Source: Eledone cirrhosa | Lineage: Eukaryota | DNA length: 64,000 nt | Direction: 5' to 3' | Assembly: GCA_964016885.1 (NCBI GenBank) | Contig: OZ024742.1 | Location: forward strand, 186,682,001-186,746,000 | Part shown: piece by piece, positions 39,026-56,619 of the stretch | How the letters are laid out: the number at the start of each line of letters is the position of its first letter | How positions within the stretch are numbered: position 1 is the stretch's first letter | Program-made: the position numbers and the translations under genes | Notes under the pieces: generated by a model | What the model was told of the DNA's origin: nothing | Seen by the model: only the letters and a program-made list of their open reading frames with translations | The model's database searches: none

Positions 39026-41960
39026 ATTATATATAGTTTCCCCTTTAAGGAGTTTTCGTATATTATTAAACTGTATAAATCATGTAAAATATACATTAGC
39101 AGGCCATTTGGACAGAACAACATTATTTGCGGAGAATGTAAACAAAGGAAGACCTTGGAATAATTAGTAAAAACATAATAGATAGGATTTTGCCAACGTT
39201 AACATTGAGGTCAAGGCTTAACTTATGGAAGGGCACTAGTGAAATCATAAATTCATTCAAATGGACATAGCGTTGTTATTATTCCTCAATAACTCCTAAC
39301 CTTTTGAATAAGGCGCTTTTATATGCATATAAACACACGGATCTATCTAGTGACGAAATTAATATTATTTTAACGGCAAGGCGAACCTCGATTGACTTTA
39401 ATAATGATTTTTGGACTAGATCTGATAGGCAGAAGAATTTTGACATTACTATGGGCTCCTCTGATTCGTCGCAAGTTACCGATCTTGTGGGAATTTTCAT
39501 CCTTAATATGATAAATAGAAAACTGCCAGAGATTAACGGTGGTTTATATTAGAGACGACATATTATTTATTGTAGTTAGACATGATAATAACAAATTAAA
39601 TAGAGTAAAGAAAGTAATTATAGAATTCTTTAAAAATTATGACCTGAAATTAGAAGTAGAAAATAACAATAAAATAGTTAACTTTTTAGATGTAACCCTT
39701 AATTTAAACTCAGGCCTGTATTACCCCTTCCATAAACTCAATGAAAACTTTAATTATGTTACCTTTTACTCTAATCATCCTAAAAGTGTTAAAAATGCAA
39801 TAGTCAATAGTGTCCAACAACGAATATCCAGACTATCTGCTAATAGATCCATTTTTAATAGTAAGGCTAGATATTATAATGAAGCGTTACGTAAAGCAGG
39901 ATATAAAAATAATATTGAATATGTAGAAAAAATAATATTAATTATAAACACTGTATTCATAATAATAAAAACAACAACTTGAGGAATAAATCGGGGAAAA
40001 AAATTAGGACTAGATCTATAATTTGGTATGCTCCGCCAGCATCTTTAGCTATTAAAACACCTTTAGCACATTTATTTTTTAAAGCCTTGGATAAATGTTT
40101 CCCTTGATCACATAAGTATTACTCTATCTTCAATTGACACACAGGTAAACTCTCTTATTCAACAACTATGAATATGGCTCAAAATATTGCAAAAATTAAT
40201 AGTAAAATTCTTAATTTGAACCAGCATATAATTAGCGATAATAACAATAATAATAATAATACATTAGTTAATGCGAATAACAATAACAATAGTTTAAATA
40301 CGAATAATAGTCGAACACCTATAAATAATAATGATAATACGAATAGTTTAGGTTATGGAAATAACATTAAATTGAATTGTAACTGTAGAAGGAAATCTGA
40401 ATGCTCTTTACTAAATAATTGCCTTGACAAGAATCTAGTATATAAATGTACCATTAAGACAAATAATAATAATACTTATAACTAGATTGGTGCCACTTCA
40501 TCGAACTTTATATAAGTTTCGCTTTTCCAATCATTAACATTCGTTTTCAAATAAAACAATTTCTACATCACTATCACAATTATTATGGTCTTTAAAATAT
40601 TAAATACTCAATTTCTTGGAGTAAATTAAAAAAAATTCTAATTCCTACCTGAACGCTTCCATTTCACCAAATTGCAATCTTTGCTATTTAGAGACTCTAT
40701 TAATAATTACAAATTATGGTAATTTAATTAATAAAAAAAGGAATTATCCGGAAGCTATCTACAGAAGTCTAGAAGAACCTTTCAAGCATTATACAAATTT
40801 CTAAAAATATATTGACCATTAATAATACTTGAAATATTATTATTATTATTATAATTATTATATATATAACGTTTTGCCTTACCTTAAAAATTGTATATCG
40901 TTTTTATATAGTAAATTAATCTCATGATGAGACTCGGTATCCTAAGTTTGAATTTAGCAAGGTCATTGTATAACTAGAAATTTCTGAATTTGCGGTTTGA
41001 AATATCTTTTGGCTTTCAAAATACTTAAATATCTTAAATGTTCACATACATTGAACGAGTTATCTTCCTTCGTTTACATTCTTCGTAAATGGCCTGCTAA
41101 TGTATATTTAACATGATTTATGCAGTTTAATAATAAGTGAAACTATATATAATAAGATGTAATTACGGAAATAAAATCGAAATAACAATACTTTTAAGAG
41201 TAAATATAACTACTAATTAATCCTGTAATGAAATGACAACCAATGAATTTAAATGATTTTATAATGAAAATAGAATAATTCAGATAATTCTTAACATAAT
41301 GTAAAATATATATACTGATGGTGATATATGCATGGGTTTTAGTAAATATCCTTATACATATTTAATAGGTATTTAAACTTGCTTTAAAGATAAAAATGTT
41401 TTTGAATATTGTAACAAAATATTTAGTAAATATATTACTTAATTAAAATATGGTTTTGATTGCTATAGAAAATATTTTTATATTGTTTAATTTTGATATA
41501 ATATATTAGTATAATTAGCTTAAACATAACCAAATACAAAAGATTTAAAAAAATTTCATGGTATTTAATTGGTCACTTCTATTTGACTTAATACTTGAAA
41601 GCAACGGTCACACATAATTTCTCTTTCTTTCTTGTTTGCCGTTATTTCATTCTTTTTCTTTTTTCTTTCTTCTTCTCTCTTCTATCTCTCTCTCCCTTTT
41701 TCTTCCATAACACGTATATTTACGCATTTAAATATTTATGCATGTATGTATTTATTTATTTTCTTCGTGCTTTTCCTCATACTCACCCCCCTCCTTATAC
41801 CCATTTTTCGCTCCACAACCTCTTCTTCATTAAATTTAAGTTTATCATGTTATTATTTGTTGGTATATAAATGTTGAGATTTGTTGTAATAAATCACTGC
41901 GAATACTGCAATTGAACAATCAAGACTGTTGAGGTGTGTCATACATCAATTCATGTATTT

Positions 41961-42012
41961 CATCTGACGAGGACGTACTGAAAAAACAGCATAGTACCTT
42001 CGAAATATATAT
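41961..42012 (+). ncRNA. Minimal PLE-type hammerhead in the pLTR (left-arm copy 37971-38020 has CTGACAA)
   Basis: CTGACGA-GGacGTACtg aaaaaa cagcataGTACcttC-GAAA-TATA; the stem I 3' strand is not evident. Confidence 0.5.
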
Positions 42013-42168
42013 ATATATAATAAAACATATATCTTGATTATGTGAATGTCTTCATTTATTAATATTCTGAATAATATTGATAACTCCAGAAAACGTTTTT
42101 GTAGAGTGCTTTTAATCTATTGTAAAATTATATTCATTGAGTAATCAATGAACCATATTAATCTTTGG

Positions 42169-42223
<55 letters not shown>

Positions 42224-42309
42224 CCTGTTTCTGTGTGCGTGCGTAGTTTATAAAAAAATAACAACAGAAATATTGGAAATTAAACGTCATATGAAGTAAA
42301 TTTTGACCT

Positions 42310-42435
<126 letters not shown>

Positions 42436-44373
42436 CCACTCACACAAACGTCTGTTGTTGGAGTAGGATAACCAATTGAGTATCGATTTTCCTTTTATTT
42501 TAAAGAAATGCAAAGCAGTCAACAAAACACCGTTATTATGACTTAGAGGAAGAAACCGTCCAGCATAGTAGAAGGTAAAAACATGTGATACGATGGCAGC
42601 CGTCTTCTCTATCATTATGACTGTATAGTAATGATACAATGTACACTGTTGTTTTGTCTCTCGTGAACAACATTGATTTTACTATTATGGCGTCATATAA
42701 TTGTCGTAGGTTGTCATAGTTTATAGCTGTGTTCTCCAACAGGGCTTTCTATAAACCCAAACGGTTCATCAAAATATTTTGGGTGGTTCTTAGTAAATTT
42801 ATCGTCGTTGAAGCTGGGCAGTTCTTCATGATGTTCTTCATGCCATTGTAAAGCTTCTAGTTTAATATGTTATTATTTTATAAAATACAATTTAGAAAAA
42901 TAAACATAAATGTTAAGGGTCTTTACAAATCTCTCAGTAATATTCGGGGTTGTTATCGAGAAAAAAACGTTGGCAATCACTTGTCTATAGCAATATTTCT
43001 CAAAGTAGGTTTCACGAAAACACGAGCATTTGTGTGATGAGGCATATTTTTCTAAATATTTATTTAAGGTAAATTTAAGGCATTTATAATTTCCTTTTTG
43101 TAAACCAGAAGCCTTTGCTGTAAAAATAATTTGCAGAACAGATACTGCCGCCGAACGTTATCTCGTCCGACCCCCTAATAAATTAAGTGGAAATTTAGTT
43201 TATTGGTCCGAAATCGATGAAAACAGAGCTGACCATAGCGGGATTTAAACTCAGGGCAGAATAGAGCCCGCAAGGCATCTAATCTAACAACTCTCCACCA
43301 TTTATGCCAATCGACTGCCATCGAATTATACTTTATTCAGTCGATTCCGAATGGATACAAAGCTATGTTGGCTGAATTTCAACTCAGAGTGCAAAGAGAC
43401 GATACAAATAACACATTCTCCACAATGCTCCAATTATTTTGCTTGTTCTTTGCTTTTGATATTCAAATTTAGTAACTTCAAGACATAGTTATTCTAAAGC
43501 TGGGCACCACTAGAGTCTAAACAATCAGGTTTTTATTTACAATATTTTGTCTTGTTCAATATTTTGTCATATTCGGCAGGTGTGTCCTTGACCAAAACAA
43601 CACGCTGAATCTCAGTGAAAACTACGTAAAGGTTATGTAAGTTTGTGAAATGCTCAGTCACATGCAAGTTGTTCAGTTGTTCGAACTGGAACATTCGTCG
43701 TCGAAACTGACGTAGGTCCAACACAAAAGACCTGTTACACCATGCTGTATTCACACGTATCATGATCATACAGAATAACACTAGTAAAGGAAGTTTCGTT
43801 TATTCTACATCTGGTGTCCCCAAAGGGTTCGATATCGAACCCCCTCCTCCCAACACACAAAATAGGTCGATGGAAATATTTGAAGGGGTGGTAGCACTGA
43901 ACGTTTGGGGGCCAAAACATGGCATTTGTATAAAAAGTGAAAATACATAAAATCATATAATAAAATACAACGTGCTTGCAAAAGCTTCAAATATAATTAG
44001 TTTGTATTGTCTAGTCCAGCAGTGGGGTCAATTCTTGCTCTCTTTGGAAGAAATCTGCTGTACTCAGGCCTGGAGAGGGATGGGTTCTGTCAGGATTAAA
44101 ATGCCCAAGAAAGGCCATATGTCAGTATGGCGACCCTACGACTCTATCAGGAGTTACGGAACCTTTCCTTACCAGTGTCTAGTATATAATCTATGTATTT
44201 TATGTTCTGCTTAGTGTTGAACATGTTGGAAAAGGGGGGGGGGGATGAGAGTGTATCAAGAATTTGATGAAGGGATCGATGGGTTAAACAGTTTGAGGTT
44301 CTTTGGTTCGAATAAATGCAAGGATATTGCTGTTACTAAATTTAGGATTGAACATACATACATATACATATGC

Positions 44374-44408
<35 letters not shown>

Positions 44409-44439
44409 TAAAATACAAAATATTCGCTTAAAGTGCTTG

Positions 44440-45020
44440 TATTTTATGTAATAGCTTGCTATACAGTATTAATTTATGCCTAATACATTTGCCTGTTTCC
44501 TTCCCATATATATGACTAACGCATGTCCAATCTCTACATGCTTCCTCAATGCCTCTTTAATTATTAGACTATTCTCTTGTATTATCTGTTGCATGTATTC
44601 CACTCTGTGCTTTTAATTTTAATTTTAATTTTAATCTTAATTTCAATTATTGTACAATTCTCGTATAATATATGTCGCATCCCTTACACCCTATATATAC
44701 TAAACTGTTGTTCACACCATCAATATATATGTATCTATATCATTCTTCAGTTGAATAGGAGGGTAATTATATGTACAAACATTGATAATGCTCCGATGAC
44801 TCCAAATTAAAGTTTGGAAGAAACAATTGTCAGTGATTAAATGATTTGAATATAACTTTGATACTTGTGTATTTTATATTCCTGCTCTGTAAAACACCTG
44901 ATGTTCTTACATTAAGCTATTTCTCTTACTGGTAATAAGGTAGTAATAAATTACTGACCTTTCCTGTTTATAGTTATTTATAGTATAGTATATACATAAC
45001 TATAAATAGTATCTTTATTA
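44440..45020 (+). mobile_element. Solo pLTR-like fragment related to the PLE at 23495-26040
   Basis: Shares ataggagg..aattatatgtacaa and gctattt.tcttactggtaataaggtagtaataaattactgacctt. Contains a degenerate hammerhead. Confidence 0.6.
44789..44835 (+). ncRNA. Degenerate minimal hammerhead (U4C)
   Basis: tgct-CCGATGA-cTCCAAAttaaagTTTGGAa-GAAA-CAATTG-TC-agtg; palindromic stem III ACAATTGT. Confidence 0.5.
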
Positions 45021-45031
45021 TTATTATATAA

Positions 45032-45118
<87 letters not shown>

Positions 45119-46135
45119 CAAAGGGGGTGTGGTAATATACTAGATGGACGATAACGAATCAGAGTACTCGATACTTGGGGTAGTACATGTATATATATAT
45201 ATAAATTTATATATATATATTCAGATAACAGAGGAGAACTATCGATCTGATTGACAGATATAGCAAATTATTGATATTTTCTATAGATATAACGCTCAGA
45301 GCGCAGGGAGCCAGACCAAATACCGCAAGTTATTCTATCTGACAGTCTAACAACTCTGAAGACTCACCGCCAATCAGCTTAGCCTAGACTGATGATAGGA
45401 AAGCCATTTATAAAATCAAATGATGTTTAATTGATTAGGTTTATCGTTGCCATGTGTCAGTGGGGTCAGCAGACGTTAGAAGAGTTGATAAATTGAGAAA
45501 TCTTATTCAATCATAAACAAAGAACAATTGAAGACCTGGTACCACACAGTACTAGAGAAAACCAATATAAACGCTACAATGGATGTGATAAGTAAAGGAG
45601 AAAGTAATTGGGAAAACGCATTATATGTTCAAGCAAAAAAGAACAACAAAAACAAACAAACAAAACAATAAACAAAAACAACAACAATAAAAAAAACTCC
45701 GTAAAAACAACCAGCAACACGACTGGTTAAGGAGTTTGCTTCACTACAGCACGGTTTCAGGTTCACTCTCACAGAGTGGCACCTCAGGTTGCCCAATGCC
45801 CTGTCAGTGAAATTTGGTACACGAAACCTCTGAGGAAGCCTGATATATACATACATACATACATACGTACACACACACACACCCCCACACGCATATATAT
45901 ATATATACTATAAGAATAAAGGAATACGGATTCAGTGTTGCATCATAACATTACATATGTTTCACTATCGATCAGCCCGAGGAAAGACCTATTATTGATC
46001 GAAGGTGACTCTGTAATCGAGGGATCCTCCGATATGTTTCCTATGTGATCTCCTCTCCGATTCTATGCGTGAAGATCTACAGCGCATTCTAACGCCCCCC
46101 CCCCCACATATATATATACACACACATATATATAT

Positions 46136-46203
<68 letters not shown>

Positions 46204-46221
46204 ATTATATATGTATGTATG

Positions 46222-47003
46222 TTCTTCTGGTTTTATAATTTCACAACGTTTTGCCAATAGAGAGAGAGTCGGTTTCTAACATAGACACAAGACTCTCTCA
46301 TTGGAATTTACACATCAACTAGGTAGATATGTATGCATATCTGCATGCATGCGTGTGTAGATATGGATGTTATTGTATGTGTGGATGTGTATATTTTGAG
46401 TTGTATGTGTGCATGTGTATATGCTTTGTATCTGTACATGTGTATATGCAGTTATTAGATGCAACATTTTTGGAATGTTTTACATATTTTTACTGTTCCA
46501 TTAATGGATTGTACTTGTAATTTCCTAGCTAGTTGTGTTCTTTCTGTTCCTGTGAAGCCTAGCTTCTCAAGATTTGTATTGAGGCAGTTGCTAACATATC
46601 CTAGTGCCCCAATAATCACAGGCATAAATCTGAAGGTGTAATCAGGGTGGAGTATCTGCAGATTTCTCATCAGTTCTGCATAAATATTCTCCTTTTCGCT
46701 AATCTTTGATATTATATTGGCATCTGCTTGGCAGCTAATTTCCACTACTGTGCATGCCTTCTTTTCCCTGTCCCATATCATAATATCTGGTCAGTTATGC
46801 CTGCATTTTATTGGTGTTTTTACTGGAACATTCCACCAGTACTCTTTCATATTATGTATATGTATGTCTTCCACATTGCTGTAGCTTTTAATTGTTTATT
46901 ATCGGGACTATCTTTTCTACGGATTGCAGTGTAGAGTGCTTTGGCCACCACATCATGCCTCATAGGAAGATAGTACAGCGGTGACATCTTTGGAAAGCTG
47001 ATT
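46222..47003 (-). mobile_element. R4/Dong-like 3' fragment (same family as 1-4020) with REL endonuclease and 3' UTR
   Basis: 46508-47003 is near-identical to 1-490. ORF IWDREKKACTVVEISCQAD..EKENIY. Flanked by atgtatgtatg and (TATG)n. Confidence 0.9.
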
Positions 47004-47113
47004 ATGTATGTATGTATGTATGTATGTATGTATGTATGTATGTATGTATGTATGTATGTATGTATGTATGTATGTATGTATGTATGTATGTATGCATGTA
47101 TGTTTGTGTGTGT

Positions 47114-47146
<33 letters not shown>

Positions 47147-48002
47147 GCTCTCTGTTCCGTAACCTAGCGGTTCGACAAAAAGAGGAACTCTCATAAAATA
47201 TACCCTAGATTTGAAAAGGACAACGTTCTGATACGAAAACGTTGATATGATTGTCTAAATCTATTCAAGGCGATGCTCCAGCATAGCCACAGTCTTAACC
47301 AGTGATGTGAAGAAAAAAGAAATAAAAGTACATTATCAACCTCTCTGTTATTGTACTTGAAAACTTTTAATCAAAAGATGGAGAAAGAAAATTCTTTGTT
47401 ATCATTTGTTAAGCAGGTTGTGAAATTGTTATTGCAAATCTTCATCGTCAATGTCTTGTTTGGTTATAGCTTTATTTTATTATGGCTCATTCCTTGAAAT
47501 TATTACTGTTGTACGACTCACTGACCGTTTGCGATAAGGACTTCTGAAATATTCCAACCATTGTGAATATTTTCTGGTAGTATGCTTTGCAAGCATTCCA
47601 TTCCTTTCTTCGTCCACCATATTTAACGATGTTCATAAAAGATTAAGATTATAAAGAGAAATAATCCCAAGAAATCCAACCAACAGAGACAAGCATTATA
47701 CAACACACAGCCAAGTCATGCGGGGGTGGGGTACTATTTAATTACTGAAGCTGCTGACTATATTATGCATATTCATACATCAAATTTCTTTTATAAATAT
47801 AGTACTATATATTAATATAATAAGGAATATATGTTTTAATAGTGGATGGGAGGAGGATATCATGTGTTTCAAGCCGCAAATCTTAGGACAATATTCCCCG
47901 TATTAAAGGGATGGTTTTCTAAAGCAATCGATATATTTGTTGGACACGTTGGTTGTTATCAAAATTCTAAGTCATTTTCATGCTGTGGAACTGTAACGCA
48001 TG

Positions 48003-48790
48003 AACAACAACACCTAACTTACCGAACAACACCAACAGCAGCAACAGCAATTAACAACACCAACAACACCTAACAACAGCAACAACACCTAACAACATCA
48101 ACAACAACAACAGCACTTAACAACACCAACAACACCTAACAATAGCAACAACACCCAACAACAGTAACAGCACCTAACAACAGTAACAACACCTAATAAC
48201 AGAAACAACACCTAACAACAGTAACAGCACCTAACAACACTTCACAACACCTAACAACAGCAACAACACCGAACACACCAAACAACACCAACAACACCAA
48301 ACAACCGAACACACCTAACAACACCTAGCGACACCAACAACACCTAACAAGAGTAACAACAGCAACAACACTTAAAAACACCAACAACAGATAACAACAC
48401 CAACACCACCTAACAACAGCAAAAATAGCAACAACACTTAACAACACCAACAACACATAACAACACCTAACGACAGCAACAACACAAACAACACCGAACA
48501 CACCGAACAACACCAACAACACCTAACAACAGCAACAGCACTTAACAACACCAACAACACCGAACACACTGAACAGCACCTAACAACAGTAACAACACCT
48601 AACAACAGTAACAACACCGAACACACTGAACAGCACCAATAAAACCAACAACACCTAACAACACCAACAACACCAACAACATCTAACAACACTAACACCA
48701 CCAGCAACACCAACGACACCTAACAACAGCAACAGTAGCAACAACACATAACAACACCAACACCAACCAGCAACAACAACAACACGTAAC
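48003..48790. repeat. (AAC)-rich degenerate tandem repeat
   Basis: Direct reading. Confidence 0.9.
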
Positions 48791-49200
48791 AACATCACCT
48801 CACAACAGCAATGATACTCCAAATACCCAGCACCGCCAAGAACAACACTTCAGAACAGCAGCATGACCTCACAGCAGCAACGATACCCTAAACTACCCAA
48901 CACAGCCAACAGCATCAACTTACAGCAGAAACAAAACCCCAAGATACACAACACAGCCAACAGCATCACCTCACAACAGCAATGATACCCTAAAATACCC
49001 AACATAGCCAACAACATCACCTCACAACAGCAACGATACTCCAAAATAACCAACACAGCCAAGAACAACACGTCACAACATCACCCCACACCAGCAATGA
49101 TACCCTAAAATACCCAACACAGCCAATAACATCACCCCACAACAGCAACGATACCCTAAAATACCCAACACAGCCAGCAACAACATCAACACACCCAACA
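48790..49200. repeat. ~51-60-bp minisatellite (catcacctcacaacagcaa.gataccctaaaatacccaacacagccaa)
   Basis: About 7 diverged units, e.g. starts near 48962 and 49013. Confidence 0.85.
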
Positions 49201-49836
49201 GCACCCAACAACAGTAACAATAACAACAGCAATAATAAAATAGTCTCGTTTTGTTTTATAAGACGCAACACCTAGAAGAACATATGTTCATTTGTAATTT
49301 CTTGTTTTAAGACATTTGTTTATTTTATCTTAGAGATATGTCAGCCATGATCACTTCTTGCCCTGGCATTGATAGTGAAGGTGAGTACCCTGGTAATGTT
49401 ACAGTACCATCAAGTATAATGGGTACTCATCTTACAGGATCAGTTAGTTCCCCTTTGGAGGTACCATAGCTCAGAAAAAAAGAAGGATGGCGGTAAGGTG
49501 TAGAGGTTTCTCTCTTGAATTAGATAAGGAGGTTTCATATGGAACATAAAATTATGAGTTTTACAGCTCTTTTGATATATATATATAATAAAAAGTTACA
49601 GTATCGTAAAAGAGGGTAGAAAGAGGAGGTATAAAGATGTGCGATACAGAGTATTACATGCCAAAAGCGGGTGCGTAAGTGCTCGACGCATGGGTTATCA
49701 GGGTTAAATATTAGAGAAGGTTAATATTTAGTGTACAAGAATAAGCAGAGCGGTGATAGGCAAACTAATTAATGAAAGAGTTACAAGCCGTTAAAACATA
49801 TCTTTATAAAGCTCTTACACATGTATGTATATATAT

Positions 49837-50275
49837 ATGATGACTGCCAACTCGTTTTCGAGTACGGCCACTACTTTATATCCATGTAGGAGAACCCCCA
49901 CCGATGCGCTGAACGAGTGTGACTTTTTAGTCCAGCCAGCGACTTGAAAACTCTGGTACAAACACTACACTTGTGACAATTATTGACTCATAGTGCTGGG
50001 CCGATTGTACCATGTAACGACAAGTGCAGAGAGATCTCCAGATACAAAGCAATGCCTGTGCCGTGAAGCTTTTATAGTGAGCAAAGGCACTGCACAAAGC
50101 CAGCCCCACTCTCTTAACCAAGATGATATTTACCAAAAAGAAAAACAAGTCAACATCATTGGATACCATCAGGGTTGCAGGTGTTATATCAGAGTTTTCC
50201 TTCTCCTAGTATTCTGCCTTGACAAAGGCTAAGGGGTCATCTCTCCCGGTGATTTTGGATGGCCATTGACTGTTA

Positions 50276-50278
<3 letters not shown>
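49837..50278 (-). mobile_element. Bipartite RTE-derived element, copy 3 (5'-truncated)
   Basis: Reverse complement of 5485-5925. Confidence 0.78.
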
Positions 50279-50336
<58 letters not shown>

Positions 50337-50338
50337 AT

Positions 50339-50624
<286 letters not shown>

Positions 50625-51648
50625 TTCAGCCCCCCTACATATATATATTTTCGACTGCGTCTGTTAAAAGCACTCTATTTGAAACCACAGAATGATCTAA
50701 CGATTCCGTTGCTGCTCGTAATTTACAATTCATAATTGATCACTCCTTTTCTAGAAGCACGTTATCCTTACCTATCAATCTCACCGGTATAAAAGAGGCC
50801 TGCGAGGGCTATTGAGGTTAAAATGTCTTTCTCTATGTTCTGGTTCAGGCTCTTTCCGTCTATATCAATGATGTATATTTTCCATCAGTTCGTATGTACT
50901 TCCTTAATATTTTAACTAGACATAGCGCAATAATAAATATAATGTGTTACTTCACCATCCGGCTGGCGTTGAGTGTTTACGACACCAAATACTCAGATTT
51001 CTGAGCCAGGGGAGGACCATAAAGGTGGTGGAATGACGAAGACGCAGACTCGCTTCACACTCACGAAATGTCACGACTGCAAGTTTCACGCCTTGCTGTA
51101 AAGGGCCAACTTCACCTCCCTAAACCCTTTGTCGATGAATCGTCTGGAGCAATTAAAAAAAATAAATAAAAAAAAAGAAGGAAAAAAGAATATTACTTTC
51201 CAGTGCTGTCCAGATGTAAATGTTTTTGTAATGTCTGCTGTTTCTTATAGCTTCGCTGTAATTACTTCTCTTTGTGGTTGTCATTGTAGTTGTTTTCTAT
51301 TTAGTTTTTACTTAGTTCTCGGTAAAAAAATATCGTTTTATATGGATAGTGGAACTGTATGCTTTGTTCAAGGAATTCTTGTTGCTTTTAATAGTGATGG
51401 AGTATTTGCGAGTTAGAGAATATCTCTTGTTTTCAGTCATCTTTTATTGTATCTATTTATTTCATTTTTATTATGTTTATGTTATATTTCTTTATGTTTT
51501 TCATTCGTGGCTTTTCGTTGTTGATTTCGTTAAGGACAGAGCTGCTTTCATTTTATTTTATTTTATTTTATTTTATATTTGTTTTCATGCTTTCTATGTT
51601 TACGTTCGACCATTTCATTTACTTGTCTTTAGATGTTTCTATACCGGT

Positions 51649-51696
51649 AGATTTAAGAAAGTATTCACTTTCCTCCTCTGTGAGTACAATGGCGGC

Positions 51697-51748
<52 letters not shown>

Positions 51749-51796
51749 GCCGCCACTGTACTCACAGAGGAGGAAAGTGAATACTTTCTTAAATCT
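51649..51796. repeat. 52-bp inverted repeat centred on (TA)n
   Basis: 51649-51700 is the reverse complement of 51745-51796 with one mismatch. Confidence 0.92.
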
Positions 51797-51799
51797 GTC

Positions 51800-54795
<2,996 letters not shown>

Positions 54796-54799
54796 CGAT

Positions 54800-55160
54800 T
54801 GATATGTGGATCTTCGGCAGTTTCGACGACGAGTGTTCCAGTTTTTCTATCAACGGGACATCCAGCTCACGAAATTAATGTGTAAATGAATGAGCATTCC
54901 TCAGACATACGTACTTTTAACGCGTTTCTCAGGGAGATTCAGCGTGATACTGTATATGACTCAGTGTGTGGTGAGGCTGACCCTTTAAATTACAAGTAAA
55001 GTCCATCCGACGGGTTTCGATGGGTTACGTCTACTCAATTTCACTCACAATGTTAACCCATGACTATGGGGAATAAAATGGCACGTTTTCAATATGCCAC
55101 ACAGTGGGGTCGTATTTGGGACCTAATGATTGCGATGTGAACTCCATAACTATTCAGCCA
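54800..55160 (-). mobile_element. Diverged SINE fragments
   Basis: ttctcagggagattcagcgtga and aatttcactcacaa..gccacacagtggg..aactattcagcca resemble reverse tRNA-SINE bodies and heads. Confidence 0.45.
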
Positions 55161-55206
55161 TTCTGTGTTCACACACTCACACACACACGGGTGATGTCAG
55201 TGAGGG

Positions 55207-56610
55207 GTGGGGATGATGATAATGGTGGTGGTGGTGGTGGTGGTGGTGGTGGTGGTGATAAAGGTGCTGGTGCTTGTGATGATGATAATGGTGGTGGTGG
55301 TGGTGGTGGTGATGATACTGGTGGTGGTGGTTGTGATGATGATAATGGTGGTGGTGGTAGGGATGATAATGGAGGTGGTGGTGGTGGTGATGATAATGGT
55401 GTTGGTGCTTGTGATGATGATAATGGTGGTGGTGGTGGTGGTGGTTGTGATGATGATAATGGTGGTGGTGGTGGTGATGATGATAATGGTGGTGGTGGTG
55501 GTGGTGGTTGTGATGATGATAATGGTGGTGGTGGTGGTGGTGGTGATAATGGTGGTGGTGGTTGTGATGATGATAATGGTGGTGGTGCTGGTGGTGGTTG
55601 TGATGATGATAATGGTGGTGGTGGTGATGATAAAGGTGGTGGTGGTGGTGATAATGGTGGTGGTAGTGGTGATGATGATAATGGTGGTGGTGGTGGTGGT
55701 GGTGATGATAATGGTGGTAGTGGTGGTGGTGATGGTGATAATGGTGGTGGTGGTGGTGATGATACTGGTGGTGGTGGTTGTGATGATGATAATGGTGGTG
55801 GTGGTGGTGGTGGTGGTGATGATAATGGTGGTGGTGGTGGTGGTGGTGGCGATGATAATGGTGGTGGTGGTGGTGGTGGTGATGATAATGGTGTTGGTGC
55901 TTGTGATGATGATAATGGTGGTGCTTGTGATGATGATAATGGTGGTGGTGGTGGTGGTGGTGGTGGTGGTGGTGGTGGTGGTGGTGGTGGTGATAATGGT
56001 GGTGGTGGTTGTGATGCTGATAATGGTGGTGGTGGTTGTGATGCTGATAATGGTGGTGGTGGTGGTGATGATAAAGGTGGTGGTGGTGGTGGTGATAATG
56101 GTGGTGGTGATAATGGTGGTGGTGGTGGTGGTGGTGGTGATGATAATGGTGGTAGTAGTGGTGGTGATGGTGATAATGGTGGTGGTGGTGGTGGTGGTGA
56201 TGATAATGGTGGTGGTGGTAATAATGGTGGTGGTGGTTGTGATGATGATAATGGTGGTGGTGGTTGTGATGATGATAATGGTGGTGGTGGTGGTGGTGGT
56301 GGTGATAATGGTGGTGGTGGTTGTGATGATGATAATGGTGGTGGTGGTGGTGGTGATGATAATGGTGGTGGTGGTAGAGTGATGATGATAATGGTGGTAG
56401 TGGTGGTGGTGTTGATGATAATGGTGGTAATGGTGGTGGTGGTGATAATAGGCGGTAACGATGGTGGTGGTGATGATGATAATGGTGGTGGTGGTGGGGA
56501 TAATGGTGGTAGAGCTGGTGATGATAATGATGGTGGTGGTGGTGGTGATAATAGTGGTAATGGTGGTGATGGTGATGATGATAATGGTGGTGGTGGTGGT
56601 TGGGATAATA
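55207..56610. repeat. (GGT)n/(GAT)n/AAT compound trinucleotide repeat
   Basis: Direct reading. Confidence 0.95.
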
Positions 56611-56619
56611 ATTATCTTT

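Larger units (their letters stand above)
37905..42078 (+). mobile_element. Penelope-like element with ~1-kb inverted pLTRs (37905-39110 vs 41087-42078), decayed RT + GIY-YIG
   Basis: FDITMGSSDSSQVTDLVG, GGLY..RDD, VNFLDVTLNL..SNHP, CNCRRKSEC..C..NLVYKC, later tgcaatctttgc (CNLC). Long inverted repeat. Confidence 0.9.

Noticed and set aside
42720-43060. Possible hAT/MITE termini
   Set aside because: No matching TIR pair or TSD could be confirmed.
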